This document shows positions 44,862 to 53,797 of a stretch of DNA of 53,797 bases, piece by piece. The stretch is from Candidatus Omnitrophica bacterium CG11_big_fil_rev_8_21_14_0_20_41_12 (lineage in GTDB: Bacteria; Omnitrophota; Gorgyraeia; Gygaellales; Profunditerraquicolaceae). The stretch lies in contig PCWB01000032.1 of the NCBI GenBank assembly GCA_002796135.1, positions 1 to 53,797 of the forward strand. Reading direction: 5' to 3'. The translations under genes were made by a program, and so were the position numbers. Each line of letters opens with the position of its first letter. Position 1 is the first letter of the stretch. Below the pieces are notes generated by a model. The model was given only the letters and a program-made list of their open reading frames with translations. It ran no database searches and was not told where the DNA came from.

Positions 44862-45538
44862 TATAAATCTCCTAAAAGTTCTTCTGTTTTTGTTAGCGGA
44901 TTCGCGGCTTTTAAAATCGGCCGGCCGATAACTAAAAAATTACTTCCGGCTTCAACTGCCTGAGAAACTGTGGCTGTTCTTTTTTGGTCATCCTTAGCAG
45001 AATCTCTGCTCCTGATTCCGGGAGTAATAATTATGAAATTCTTCTTTATCTTTTTCCGTAAACTTACTGCTTCATGCACTGAGCAAACTACGCCGTCTAA
45101 CCCGTAAGCGACCCCCTGTTTTGCTAAAGCTAAAACTTCTTTTGATTTGGCTGGGCTGCTGGTTAAAACCGTCACTCCAATTAATAATGGCCTGCGGACA
45201 TTAATCGCCTTGGCTTGCGCTTTGGCTGAAGTAACAGCAGCCTTAATCATCTCTTTCCCGCCAGAGATATGCAAAGTAAGCATTTTCACTTTTTGGCGCA
45301 CTGCTGCTTCTACTGCTTTAGCGACGGTGTTAGGAATATCAAAATACTTAAGATCTAAAAAAACTTCCGCCCCTTTTTGATGGAGAAGACGAATAATCTG
45401 CGGGCCGAAAGCCGTGAAAAGATGGCTGCCCACCTTAAAAGTTTTTATTTTAGGATAAAGTTTATTTACAAAATGCTTAGCCTGCTCCAGGGTGTCTACA
45501 TCTAAAGCGAGGATAATTTGAGCACCTTGGTTTTTCAT
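44861..45538 (-). CDS. pyrF: Orotidine 5'-phosphate decarboxylase
   Basis: IILALDV, DLKYFDIPNTV and IGRPI motifs. I prefer the ATG at 45538 (AAGGA upstream) over the TTG at 45562. Confidence 0.9.
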   Translation of the reverse strand: MKNQGAQIILALDVDTLEQAKHFVNKLYPKIKTFKVGSHLFTAFGPQIIRLLHQKGAEVFLDLKYFDIPNTVAKAVEAAVRQKVKMLTLHISGGKEMIKAAVTSAKAQAKAINVRRPLLIGVTVLTSSPAKSKEVLALAKQGVAYGLDGVVCSVHEAVSLRKKIKKNFIIITPGIRSRDSAKDDQKRTATVSQAVEAGSNFLVIGRPILKAANPLTKTEELLGDL

Positions 45539-45581
45539 ATATAGCGAAATCCTTATGCGCAACGCAAGGACATATACTAAC

Positions 45582-46517
45582 TTACTCTTTGCATGCTTTT
45601 AATCTGCCGATTAAATTGCTTAAATTCTGAATATTATTATCCACCATGTATTGTTTCAATCCGCAGATAATCTCCAGGCTTACCCGGGGGTTAATAAAAT
45701 TAGCAGTTCCTATGCTGATCGCCGTAGCGCCGGCAATAAAAAACTCTAAAGCGCTTTCGATATCCATTATACCACCCATGCCGATAATGGGAATCTTAAT
45801 TTTGTTATACGTCTCCCAGACCATCTTCACTGCTACGGGCCTGATTGCCGGGCCGCTTAAACCACCCACCCATGAACCTAATTTAGGAACACGTTTATTT
45901 ACATCAATACTCATGCCGCCAAGCGTGTTAATTAGAGCTACAGCATTGCTACCGGCGTTCTGCGCAGCCGAAGCAATATCAACAATAGAGTTTACATTAG
46001 GAGAAAGCTTGGTAATTAAGCATTTTTGCGTAAGTTGGCGCACGGCGCTGACCAATTTAAAGGTATCCCCGGCATCCTGAGAGATCAACTTGTCCTTTTG
46101 CAGATTAGGACAAGATATATTCAACTCAATTGCCGATACTTCAGCTAACTTATCCAGCTGTTTGATCAAAGTAACAAATTCATCCGGGCTTTCTTCAGCA
46201 GCAATGCTGACAATGATCGGGATTGCTAATTTCTTTAAAAAGGGGAGTTTTTCTTGAATAAATTTATCCATACCGGGATTTTCTAAGCCGATAGAATTAA
46301 GCATGCCCGCCGGAGTTTCGCAAGTCCGCGGCGGCAGATTGCCGTGGCGGCCTTTTAGGGTAATCGTCTTGGTGACAATTGCCCCCAACTTTTTTAAATC
46401 CATAAAATCCTTAAACTCTTCGGCATAACCAAATGTTCCCGAAGCCACCATTACCGGGTTCTTTAAATCCAGATTGCCGATCTTTATGCTTAAATTTGGT
46501 TTAATCTGGCTTACCAT
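45582..46517 (-). CDS. pyrD: Dihydroorotate dehydrogenase, class 1B catalytic subunit
   Basis: NPVMVASGTFG, LNSIGLENPG, NISCPN and GGLSGPAIRP. Confidence 0.92.
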   Translation of the reverse strand: MVSQIKPNLSIKIGNLDLKNPVMVASGTFGYAEEFKDFMDLKKLGAIVTKTITLKGRHGNLPPRTCETPAGMLNSIGLENPGMDKFIQEKLPFLKKLAIPIIVSIAAEESPDEFVTLIKQLDKLAEVSAIELNISCPNLQKDKLISQDAGDTFKLVSAVRQLTQKCLITKLSPNVNSIVDIASAAQNAGSNAVALINTLGGMSIDVNKRVPKLGSWVGGLSGPAIRPVAVKMVWETYNKIKIPIIGMGGIMDIESALEFFIAGATAISIGTANFINPRVSLEIICGLKQYMVDNNIQNLSNLIGRLKACKE

Positions 46518-47287
46518 GTTAACTCCTTGCTGGAAAAAACCGGTCCGTCTTTACAAACTCTTTTATACCCACTTTTAGTAGCGACAACGCAACCCAAACA
46601 AGCTCCGGTGCCGCAGGCCAAATGCTCTTCTAAAGAAAGTTGTGCAGGAATTTTATTTTCACAGGAGATCTCGCTCACCCTTTTTAACATTGGGCGTGGC
46701 CCGCAGGAAAATAATCCTAATCCCTTGGTTTGCCCTAAAACAAGTTTTAATAAATCTGTAACCTTCCCCTTGAATCCCAGTGAACCATCATCAGTAGCTA
46801 ATTTCACAGTGCAGCCGAGCTTTTTAAACTCCTGCATACAGAGAATTTGCTTTTGGGTTTTAGCTCCGATTAAAACTAGCGGTTGGCTGGTTTTTATTTT
46901 CTCAGCCAGAAAGAATAGCGGAGCCACACCCATGCCACCGGCAATCAAAATGCTTCTTGCATCTTTGGCTTTGACCGCCTGACGATAATCAAACCCGTTA
47001 CCCAGCGGGCCGATAAGATCCAAAAGCTCCCCGGATTTTCTTTGAGATAAACTTTGCGTGCCGGTTCCAACCGCCTGATAAAAGAGTTTTACCTTTACCC
47101 CTTTTACTGCATAAATACTAATCGGCCTTCTCAAAAGCGGCACAAAGCCATGCCCAACTCTGATATTTACAAACTGCCCTGGTAGGGCATTTTTGGCAAT
47201 TATGGCCGACTCAAATTCCAAATGCCAGTAGTTTTCCTTAATCTTTTTGTTAGAAATTATCTTGGCTTTAGTTTGCACTGTTTTCAT
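46511..47287 (-). CDS. pyrK: Dihydroorotate dehydrogenase electron-transfer subunit (FAD / 2Fe-2S)
   Basis: RRPISIY FAD motif and C-terminal CGTGACLGCV cluster. Overlaps pyrD. Confidence 0.88.
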   Translation of the reverse strand: MKTVQTKAKIISNKKIKENYWHLEFESAIIAKNALPGQFVNIRVGHGFVPLLRRPISIYAVKGVKVKLFYQAVGTGTQSLSQRKSGELLDLIGPLGNGFDYRQAVKAKDARSILIAGGMGVAPLFFLAEKIKTSQPLVLIGAKTQKQILCMQEFKKLGCTVKLATDDGSLGFKGKVTDLLKLVLGQTKGLGLFSCGPRPMLKRVSEISCENKIPAQLSLEEHLACGTGACLGCVVATKSGYKRVCKDGPVFSSKELTW

Positions 47288-47978
47288 TTTTTTGCGGCAT
47301 CCGCTTACTAAGTAAAATTACTAAAATTATAAATAAAATAAAGGTCGACAATATCCACAGCAACTGCTGGAGATAATCCTTAAATCCTCCCTGGGCAATA
47401 TTTTGCCAGGACGTAACTAATAAAACTAACAAAAGCAAGGTTATAATCGAACCAATCTCTCTCCAGAACCAGGTTATTCTTATCGGTAAATACTCAATAA
47501 CATCTAATTTGATTATACTGGATATCGAAGGAAAAATGCGCGGGACTTTCCGGCAATATTGCGGATACGTATCCGGAAACATTAAGCGCAGCTTTTTTTC
47601 CTCGTGATAGATAAGTAGAATATAACGGATAATAAAAACTGTAATAAATATAACCACTGCCCACCATTTAAAAAGCGCCAGGACTACCCCCAGTCCGATT
47701 AAAAATATCCCTAAATACATCGGATTACGCATAATCTGATAGGGCCCACCCTGAATTAATGCCCGGCTATCCTGTGAGTTTTCTGACTTATACCCGCGGG
47801 CAGAAACGCGAATAATCTGTCCTAAAAGAATCAGCGCAAACCCGATGATCTCCAAGCTTTGTTCCCACAAACCTTTGGAATAGCTCCTGAAAAAAATTCT
47901 GGGAAAAAGTGCAACCCCTAACCCTGCGCAAACCATAATTATTCCGTTGATCTTAAGGCGTTTTTTCATTTTTGACAC
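47268..47978 (-). CDS. ICMT/PEMT-family membrane methyltransferase
   Basis: GPYQIMRNPMYLGIFLIGLG and HEEKKL motifs; multi-TM. Confidence 0.7.
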   Translation of the reverse strand: MSKMKKRLKINGIIMVCAGLGVALFPRIFFRSYSKGLWEQSLEIIGFALILLGQIIRVSARGYKSENSQDSRALIQGGPYQIMRNPMYLGIFLIGLGVVLALFKWWAVVIFITVFIIRYILLIYHEEKKLRLMFPDTYPQYCRKVPRIFPSISSIIKLDVIEYLPIRITWFWREIGSIITLLLLVLLVTSWQNIAQGGFKDYLQQLLWILSTFILFIILVILLSKRMPQKNENSAN

Positions 47979-48766
47979 TTGACACAGAAATACGTGCCTC
48001 TTCCTCCCTGTGTAATCCTTTTGATCGGACTTTTACAGGTAAAACAATTCTTACCGAGCCGGTTATAAACACGGTGAAAGCGGGCATAATCTCCCGGCTT
48101 GCCGGAAACCCGGACATAATCATCTACCGAAGAACCACCGTGCTTAATTGCGCTGCTTAATACTTTTTTTGTTTCTTTAAAGAGAGTTGATTTTTGGTTC
48201 TTGGTCAGGCTCTGTACGGATCTTTCCGGAGCGATCTTAGCCCGAAATAAAATCTCCGCAGCATAAATATTACCGATTCCGGAAATAAAAGACTGGTCCA
48301 TTAGCAGCGATTTGATGTTGGTTTTCTTCTTAGCAAGCATAGCCTCAAAATCAGAAAAAGTCAAATCAAATGGCTCGGGTCCGAGATGTTGAACAAATTT
48401 TAATTTTTTCCAATCATCGACTAAGCGTAACTCTCCGAATAAGCGCTGATCATTAAAATCCAGTATTGAGCCGTCAGAAAATTGAATTGCCACCCGGCTA
48501 TTTTTACTTCCTCCGGGATAAACTAATTGCCCGGTCATCTTTAAATGCATCGTCAAAAAGCGACCATCGGATAGTTCAAAAATCAGCAACTTTGCCCGGC
48601 GGAAAATCTTTTTTATCCTCAGCCCTTCTAATGATTTTTTAAATTTTGCCGGGCTAGGAAAACGCACAATCTTAGGATTATGCAAAAAAACCCTAGCAAT
48701 TTTTTTACCTATAATTACCTGCTGCAAATCGTTTTTAATGGTCTCTACTTCCGGTAGTTCCGGCAT
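47966..48766 (-). CDS. mutM: Formamidopyrimidine-DNA glycosylase
   Basis: MPELPEVETI N-terminus, H2TH region and a C-terminal zinc finger CFTC...CVKCQ. Confidence 0.93.
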   Translation of the reverse strand: MPELPEVETIKNDLQQVIIGKKIARVFLHNPKIVRFPSPAKFKKSLEGLRIKKIFRRAKLLIFELSDGRFLTMHLKMTGQLVYPGGSKNSRVAIQFSDGSILDFNDQRLFGELRLVDDWKKLKFVQHLGPEPFDLTFSDFEAMLAKKKTNIKSLLMDQSFISGIGNIYAAEILFRAKIAPERSVQSLTKNQKSTLFKETKKVLSSAIKHGGSSVDDYVRVSGKPGDYARFHRVYNRLGKNCFTCKSPIKRITQGGRGTYFCVKCQK

Positions 48767-48768
48767 AT

Positions 48769-50337
48769 CTATTTTACCTTTTTGCCTTTTATTTTATAAT
48801 ACTCCTGTAAAGATTTAACTTTAAGTTTTTTCTTTAACAATACCTCGATTCCGTTTACAGTTGCCTGGGCACCAAAAATCGTCGTACTGTAAGGAATACC
48901 ATGCAAAACAACCTGCGAACGTATTTTAACCTCATCAATCCGGGGGATCCTGCCAGAGGGAGTATTAATCACTAGTTGGATTTTCCCTTCTTTCATTAAA
49001 TCCAGCACATTGGGTTTTCCCTCTGAAATCTTGGGCAAAACTTTAGCCGTAATTTTACTCCTGGCCAAAACCGCGGCTGTGCCGCCTGAAGCATAGATTT
49101 TAAAACCTAGATCTTTAAGCTTCTTGGCAATTAAAATAATATTTCTTTTATCACGATCATTGACGGAGATAAATACATTGCCTTTTTTGGGAAGTTTTTG
49201 CCCTGCAGCCAATTGGCTTTTAATATAGGCCTGCCCAAAATCCACATCAATCCCCATTACCTCACCGGTAGATTTCATCTCCGGCCCAAGAATTATATCC
49301 ACTCCCGGAAAACGATTAAAAGGGAATACCGATTCTTTGATTGCCACGTGTCTAGGAATAATTTCTTTAGTAAAACCTAAATCTTTTAATTTTTTACCCA
49401 ACATTACCTTGGTTGCCAAATTTACTAACGGCACGCCGATCACCTTGGAAACAAAAGGCACGGTACGCGAAGCGCGAGGATTAACCTCTAAAATATAAAC
49501 TTTCCCGTCCTTAACCGCATATTGCACATTCATCAGGCCTATTATATGTAATTCTTTAGCCATATAAATTGTTGCCTGGCGGATTTGTTTTAAGATCTCC
49601 ACCGATAATGTATAGGTGGGTAAAGACATTGCGGCATCTCCGGAATGCACCCCGGCCTGCTCAATATGCTCCATAATCCCGCCAATAATAAAATCCTTTC
49701 CGTCTCCGACCAAATCAACATCAACCTCAATCGCATCCTCTAAGAATTTATCGACTAAGATCGGATGTTCTCCGGAGACCTCCGAAGCTTCTTTAATAAA
49801 TTTTTCTAAAACCTGTTCATCGTAAGCAATCTCCATGGCCCGGCCACCTAAGACATATGAGGGCCTGATCAATACCGGATAGCCAATTTTATTAGCCACT
49901 TCTTTTGCCTGCTCAAAGGTAAATGCCGTTCCGTTAACCGGCTGCAGGAGTCCAAGCTTATGCAGCATCTGTTGAAAACGTTTGCGGTCCTCGGCAATAT
50001 CAATACTATCAGCGCTTGTTCCTAAAAGCTTAACTCCTGCCTTAAGCAAGGGTACAGCTAAGTTAAGCGGAGTCTGGCCGCCAAACTGTACAATTACTCC
50101 GATAGGTTTTTCCTTTTCCAGAATATTCATAATATCTTCAAGAGTGAGCGGCTCAAAATAAAGCTTATCGCTGGTATCATAGTCAGTTGAGACTGTCTCT
50201 GGGTTGCAATTAACCATAATGCTCTCTACGCCTTCCTCTTTTAGGGCATATGCTGCATGGCAGCAGCAGTAATCAAACTCAATTCCCTGCCCAATACGAT
50301 TGGGTCCACCACCTAAAATTACGACTTTTTTCTTCAT
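48769..50337 (-). CDS. carB: Carbamoyl-phosphate synthase large subunit, C-terminal half only (split CarB)
   Basis: It begins VVILGGGPNRIGQGIEFDYCCCHA...NCNPETVSTDYDTSDKLYFEP, which is the start of the second ATP-grasp half of CarB. It ends with the MGS-like allosteric domain. It has its own GGAGAG SD before the ATG. Confidence 0.88.
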   Translation of the reverse strand: MKKKVVILGGGPNRIGQGIEFDYCCCHAAYALKEEGVESIMVNCNPETVSTDYDTSDKLYFEPLTLEDIMNILEKEKPIGVIVQFGGQTPLNLAVPLLKAGVKLLGTSADSIDIAEDRKRFQQMLHKLGLLQPVNGTAFTFEQAKEVANKIGYPVLIRPSYVLGGRAMEIAYDEQVLEKFIKEASEVSGEHPILVDKFLEDAIEVDVDLVGDGKDFIIGGIMEHIEQAGVHSGDAAMSLPTYTLSVEILKQIRQATIYMAKELHIIGLMNVQYAVKDGKVYILEVNPRASRTVPFVSKVIGVPLVNLATKVMLGKKLKDLGFTKEIIPRHVAIKESVFPFNRFPGVDIILGPEMKSTGEVMGIDVDFGQAYIKSQLAAGQKLPKKGNVFISVNDRDKRNIILIAKKLKDLGFKIYASGGTAAVLARSKITAKVLPKISEGKPNVLDLMKEGKIQLVINTPSGRIPRIDEVKIRSQVVLHGIPYSTTIFGAQATVNGIEVLLKKKLKVKSLQEYYKIKGKKVK

Positions 50338-50419
50338 TTACTCTCCACTTTATCCTATATTATGCCTAAATTATGGGTTAAATGCTCCACTTTAGTAATT
50401 TTACCCTATTCCGATTTTT

Positions 50420-50491
50420 TGCCCCTGGACAGAATCGAACTGTCACCACCAGCTTCGGAGGCTGATGCGCTATCCGTTGCGCTACAGGGGC
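50420..50491 (-). tRNA. tRNA-Arg (anticodon CCG), CCA not encoded
   Basis: Acceptor GCCCCTG/CAGGGGC, D stem GCGC/GCGC, anticodon stem TCAGC/GCTGG with loop CTCCGAA, T arm GACAG-TTCGATT-CTGTC. Confidence 0.88.
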
Positions 50492-50492
50492 G

Positions 50493-51734
50493 TTAAAACA
50501 AACTTAACTGCTGCTGTTTCTTCTTCATCTGATCATGATCATTAAAGATCGAAATTATACCATATTCCCCATCAAAGCCTGCTTTGATATTAACTTTACC
50601 AGCGCGTACGCGCAGAACACCATCCACCACTTTAGGCGGCAAACTTTTAAGTAACTCCTCTTTTGAAGCCCTGAGCAAAATATCAAACTCTGTATCAAAT
50701 TTAGCCAGATAACTCTGATAGTCTCTTTCTACGTTTATCGAACCCTTTCCTACGCCCCTGACTTCAGCAATAATTTCGGAAAGTGGGATTAAATTCTTAA
50801 AAGGAATGCCGTTCTCCGGTTTAAAACCTTCCGGCCGATCCGCTAATTTCTCTACCCGGTTAACCACGCCCACAGTAACCGCCTTACCGCACTTAGGACA
50901 TTTGCCATTGTGCGCTTTAGTCTCTTGCGGCGACCAGCGAATATTGCAAAGCCGGTGTCCATCAAAATGGTATCTTCCTTCCTCGGGGAAAAATTCAATT
51001 GTGTACAAAAATCTTTTTTTATCTTTGGTCTTTAGAACTTCGCGGATAGTTTTGTAATCTAAATCACAATTAAAAACATTGGCTTCCCGACCGATCTTCT
51101 GCGGAGAATGCGAATCGCTATTAGAGATCAGCGTAAACCTGTCTAAGGCACTTAAACGCCAATTCATTGCCGGGTCGCTAGATAACCCAGTCTCAAGGGC
51201 AAAAATCTTCGGCGTCTGTTCCTCAAAACAATCTTCAATTTTATCAAATCCGGACATCGAGCCAAATACAGAGAACCATGGGGTCCAAATATGACCTGGA
51301 ACAATTATACAATTTTCATCAATATCAAAAACAATTCTCGCCAATTCCGCAGCACTGATCCCGATAATCGGCCGGCCGTCGCTGGATAAATTCGCTCCGC
51401 GGCTAAGTAGAACGCTGTTAATTTTATCTACCGCAGCAAATGAAGGAGCAAAAATGAGGCTGTGGATCCGATACCCTTTACCATTCTTAGAGTAAATACT
51501 ACTGATCTCTGCAGTAAGCATAAAATATACGCCGTCATATTTAAATAAACCGTTTTCGCAATCTTCTAAGGTATGTTTTAGCTCCTCCAGCCACAAATGA
51601 TGCGTAAAATCACCTGTTCCCATCAAAGTAATGCCTTTTATTTTTGCCCACTTTGCCAAATGTTGAATATCCATATCGCGGCTGGTTGCCCGGGAGTATT
51701 TAGAATGAATGTGGAAATCTGCGATAAATTCCAT
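50493..51734 (-). CDS. PHP-domain protein, endonuclease Q-like (TIGR00375-type), with a CxxC zinc finger
   Basis: ADFHIHSKYSRATS and GTGDFTHHLW PHP motifs, CPKCGK finger, about 413 aa. The family assignment is from memory. Confidence 0.55.
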   Translation of the reverse strand: MEFIADFHIHSKYSRATSRDMDIQHLAKWAKIKGITLMGTGDFTHHLWLEELKHTLEDCENGLFKYDGVYFMLTAEISSIYSKNGKGYRIHSLIFAPSFAAVDKINSVLLSRGANLSSDGRPIIGISAAELARIVFDIDENCIIVPGHIWTPWFSVFGSMSGFDKIEDCFEEQTPKIFALETGLSSDPAMNWRLSALDRFTLISNSDSHSPQKIGREANVFNCDLDYKTIREVLKTKDKKRFLYTIEFFPEEGRYHFDGHRLCNIRWSPQETKAHNGKCPKCGKAVTVGVVNRVEKLADRPEGFKPENGIPFKNLIPLSEIIAEVRGVGKGSINVERDYQSYLAKFDTEFDILLRASKEELLKSLPPKVVDGVLRVRAGKVNIKAGFDGEYGIISIFNDHDQMKKKQQQLSLF

Positions 51735-51736
51735 GG

Positions 51737-53011
51737 TTAGCTTTTATAAACTATTTCACCGTTGTAAATTGTATATTCAACTAGGCCTTTTACTTTTTTC
51801 CCGATAAAGGGTGAGTTTTTTGATTTTGAAACAATGCTCTTTTTCTCAAGGATAAATTCTCTTTCTACATCGACGATAATTATATCGGCACTTGCCCCGA
51901 CGCTTAAAGAGCCTTTATCAATTCCTAAAATCTTTGCCGGATTTACCGCTAATTTCTCGATAAGCTCCGGCCAGCTTAATATCTTTTTATCGATTAACTC
52001 CATAATGCTTACAGCTAGTCCTGATTCAAGGCCGATTTTCCCGAATTCTGCGCGGTCAAACTCAATATCCTTTTCATTTTCCGTATGCGGAGCATGATCT
52101 GAAGCAATTGTATCGATCGTGCCATCTTTTAATCCAGCCTTGATTGCCGCCACATCTTCTTTAGCCCTTAAAGGCGGATTAATTTTCATGTTGGTATCAT
52201 AATCAACAATGTCATCTTCGGATAAAGCAAAATAATGCGGCGCAGTTTCTGCGGTTACTTTAATACCTTTTTTCTTAGCCTTAGCAATTATTTCTACCGA
52301 CTCTCTGCAGCTTACGTGGGCAATGTGTACTGAAGCACCGGCTTTTTCTGCCAACTCGATATCCCGCTTAACTCTTTTATATTCTGACTCATTGGATATC
52401 CCGCGCAATCCTAAACGTGTAGAATTAAAACCTAAATTAATTACGCCTTTGCCGGAAATCTTTTTATCCTCGCAATGGCAGATGGTTAAAACTTTAGCTT
52501 GCTTAGCTTTTTTCAAGGCTTCCAGCATTAAATCATCATTGTCTACTGAGCTCCCGTCATCAGATATGGCATAAACTCCTGATTTTTTTAAAACTGCGAT
52601 ATCGGTCAGCTCCTGCCCTAATCGGCCTTTAGTAATTGCGCCACAAATAAGCACCTCTACCTTAGCATCTTTATTGATTATTTTCTGTAATAATTCGATA
52701 CTCTTCGGGCAATCCATCGCCGGATGAGTATTGGGCATGGCCAACACCGTAGTCACTCCGCTCTTAGCAGCTGCGGCTGTGCCACTGGCAATGGTTTCTT
52801 TGTCTTCTCTGCCGGGTTCACGCAGATGCACATGCATATCAATAATACCGGGAGCGACAATTTTACCTTTAGCATCAATTATTGTCTCAACTTTAGTTTG
52901 AATATTTTTAGCAACCTTGGATATTTTATTGTTCTCGATCAAAATATCAAATACTGCATCAATTTTATTTGCCGGATCGATTACTCTTCCACCTTTAATC
53001 AATATGCTCAT
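51737..53011 (-). CDS. pyrC: Dihydroorotase
   Basis: DMHVHLREPG, a Lys-bearing central region, HVS and SDHAPH motifs. Confidence 0.92.
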   Translation of the reverse strand: MSILIKGGRVIDPANKIDAVFDILIENNKISKVAKNIQTKVETIIDAKGKIVAPGIIDMHVHLREPGREDKETIASGTAAAAKSGVTTVLAMPNTHPAMDCPKSIELLQKIINKDAKVEVLICGAITKGRLGQELTDIAVLKKSGVYAISDDGSSVDNDDLMLEALKKAKQAKVLTICHCEDKKISGKGVINLGFNSTRLGLRGISNESEYKRVKRDIELAEKAGASVHIAHVSCRESVEIIAKAKKKGIKVTAETAPHYFALSEDDIVDYDTNMKINPPLRAKEDVAAIKAGLKDGTIDTIASDHAPHTENEKDIEFDRAEFGKIGLESGLAVSIMELIDKKILSWPELIEKLAVNPAKILGIDKGSLSVGASADIIIVDVEREFILEKKSIVSKSKNSPFIGKKVKGLVEYTIYNGEIVYKS

Positions 53012-53797
53012 TTTTTGGCTTCCTTTGCCTGACTGACCAAGAATAAAACTGCCATTCTTACGGCAATACCATTAGTTACCTGCTCTAAAATTACCGAATT
53101 TGCCCCGTCAGCCACTTCGCTAGACATCTCAATCCCGCGGTTGATCGGCCCTGGATGCATGACCACAATATCTTTCTTAGCTTTGGCTAATCTTTCTTCG
53201 GTAATGCCGAATTTTTTAAAGTAATCTAATTGCTCCGGGAAAGCCGCGCCTTCATCGCGCTCAAACTGCATTCTTAAAACATTTACCGCATCAGCTTTTT
53301 TCAAAACCTCATCGATGTTACTAGATGTTTTTGCTCCGGTTAATTCTATGCCCACCGGGATCAGCATTTCAGGCGCGCATAAAGTAACGTTTGCGCCTAA
53401 TTTTGTCAATCCCCAGATATTCGAACGGGCAACTCGGGAATGGGCGATATCGCCGACGATAGCGACATTTAAACCTTTTATTTTTCCTAATTTTTCTTTG
53501 AGTGTAAAGATGTCCAGCAGCGCCTGGGTAGGGTGTTCATGCCAGCCGTCTCCGGCATTAACTACGCTGATATCGAGCGCGCGGGCAAGCATGTTAGCTG
53601 CCCCTGAATAATTGTGCCGCATAATAATTATATCAGCTTTAAGCGCCTGGATGTTTTTACCGGTGTCGATTAAAGTTTCCCCTTTACGCACACTAGAAGT
53701 TTCGGTAGCAATATTAATTACATCTGCCGAAAGCCTCTTGGCCGCCACCTCAAAAGATACGCGGGTGCGCGTAGACGGTTCATAGAAAAGATTTACC
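53008..53797 (-). CDS. pyrB: Aspartate carbamoyltransferase catalytic subunit, 5' end outside the window
   Basis: The frame stays open upstream of the ORF-track start. Nt 53797-53749 encode VNLFYEPSTRTRVSFE, the canonical carbamoyl-phosphate-binding motif. HPTQ and HPGP motifs lie downstream. Confidence 0.93.
   Translation of the reverse strand, partial: VNLFYEPSTRTRVSFEVAAKRLSADVINIATETSSVRKGETLIDTGKNIQALKADIIIMRHNYSGAANMLARALDISVVNAGDGWHEHPTQALLDIFTLKEKLGKIKGLNVAIVGDIAHSRVARSNIWGLTKLGANVTLCAPEMLIPVGIELTGAKTSSNIDEVLKKADAVNVLRMQFERDEGAAFPEQLDYFKKFGITEERLAKAKKDIVVMHPGPINRGIEMSSEVADGANSVILEQVTNGIAVRMAVLFLVSQAKEAKK

Noticed and set aside
44861-45562. N-terminal extension MRIRISLY of pyrF from a TTG start
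   Set aside because: The downstream ATG at 45538 has an AAGGA RBS and yields the normal PyrF N-terminus. The extension is probably an ORF-calling artefact.
48769-50337. carB as a 5'-truncated pseudogene
   Set aside because: The ORF starts precisely at the internal repeat boundary with a good SD and ATG, and it is intact through the allosteric domain. A functional split gene is more likely, although only the whole genome can settle this.
53008-53748. ORF-track start (GTG at 53748) for pyrB
   Set aside because: The frame is open to the window end, and the upstream codons encode the conserved NLFYEPSTRTRVSFE motif. The gene is therefore simply truncated by the window.
1-53797. CRISPR arrays, reverse transcriptases (retron/DGR), integrases, prophage or toxin-antitoxin pairs
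   Set aside because: I scanned intergenic regions and the ORF list. There are no regularly spaced repeats apart from the three-unit REP array, no RT or integrase motifs, and no small two-gene cassettes typical of toxin-antitoxin systems.

Overview
This is a roughly 40% GC bacterial chromosomal window with very high coding density. About 90% of genes are on the minus strand, in long operons whose genes abut or overlap. All family calls come from motifs I recognised in the translations. No database search was possible, and the lineage cannot be established from this window; it looks like an uncultivated, low-GC, diderm bacterium. Housekeeping content: pyrimidine synthesis (pyrB partial, pyrC, C-terminal half of carB, pyrK, pyrD, pyrF), a 7-gene V-type ATPase operon (E, DUF2764-like, A, B, D, I, K), purH, folC, mnmE, folE, accA, mutM, comM and three tRNAs (Asp-GUC, Val-UAC, Arg-CCG). 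Regions that most deserve a second look: (1) A minus-strand operon at 752-8119 encodes an HTH protein, a MshM/ExeA-like AAA+ ATPase, a PilP/GspC-like protein, two tandem secretin paralogues (the second carrying a C-terminal TPR module) and a histidine kinase with a LuxR-type regulator. No pilus or T2SS inner-membrane machinery is present in the window. (2) A roughly 327-aa LAGLIDADG intein interrupts GTP cyclohydrolase I exactly at its conserved HxC zinc-ligand motif. (3) A REP-associated tyrosine transposase (RAYT) is flanked by oppositely oriented REP hairpins built on the core GAAAC-CA/TG-GTTTC. (4) An operon encodes two Ddl-like ATP-grasp ligases followed by a lysine 2,3-aminomutase, possibly for a beta-lysine peptide or metabolite. 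(5) A tRNA-themed operon encodes a Trbp111/CsaA-like tRNA-binding protein, a YkgJ Cys-cluster protein, an MprF-C-terminal-like (DUF2156) aminoacyl-tRNA-transferase-fold protein and a DEDDh exonuclease. (6) There is a minor-pseudopilin-only cluster. (7) The V-ATPase K subunit retains all Na+-ligand side chains. (8) carB is split. (9) A YchF homologue lacks its P-loop. No CRISPR array, reverse transcriptase, integrase or prophage signature was seen.
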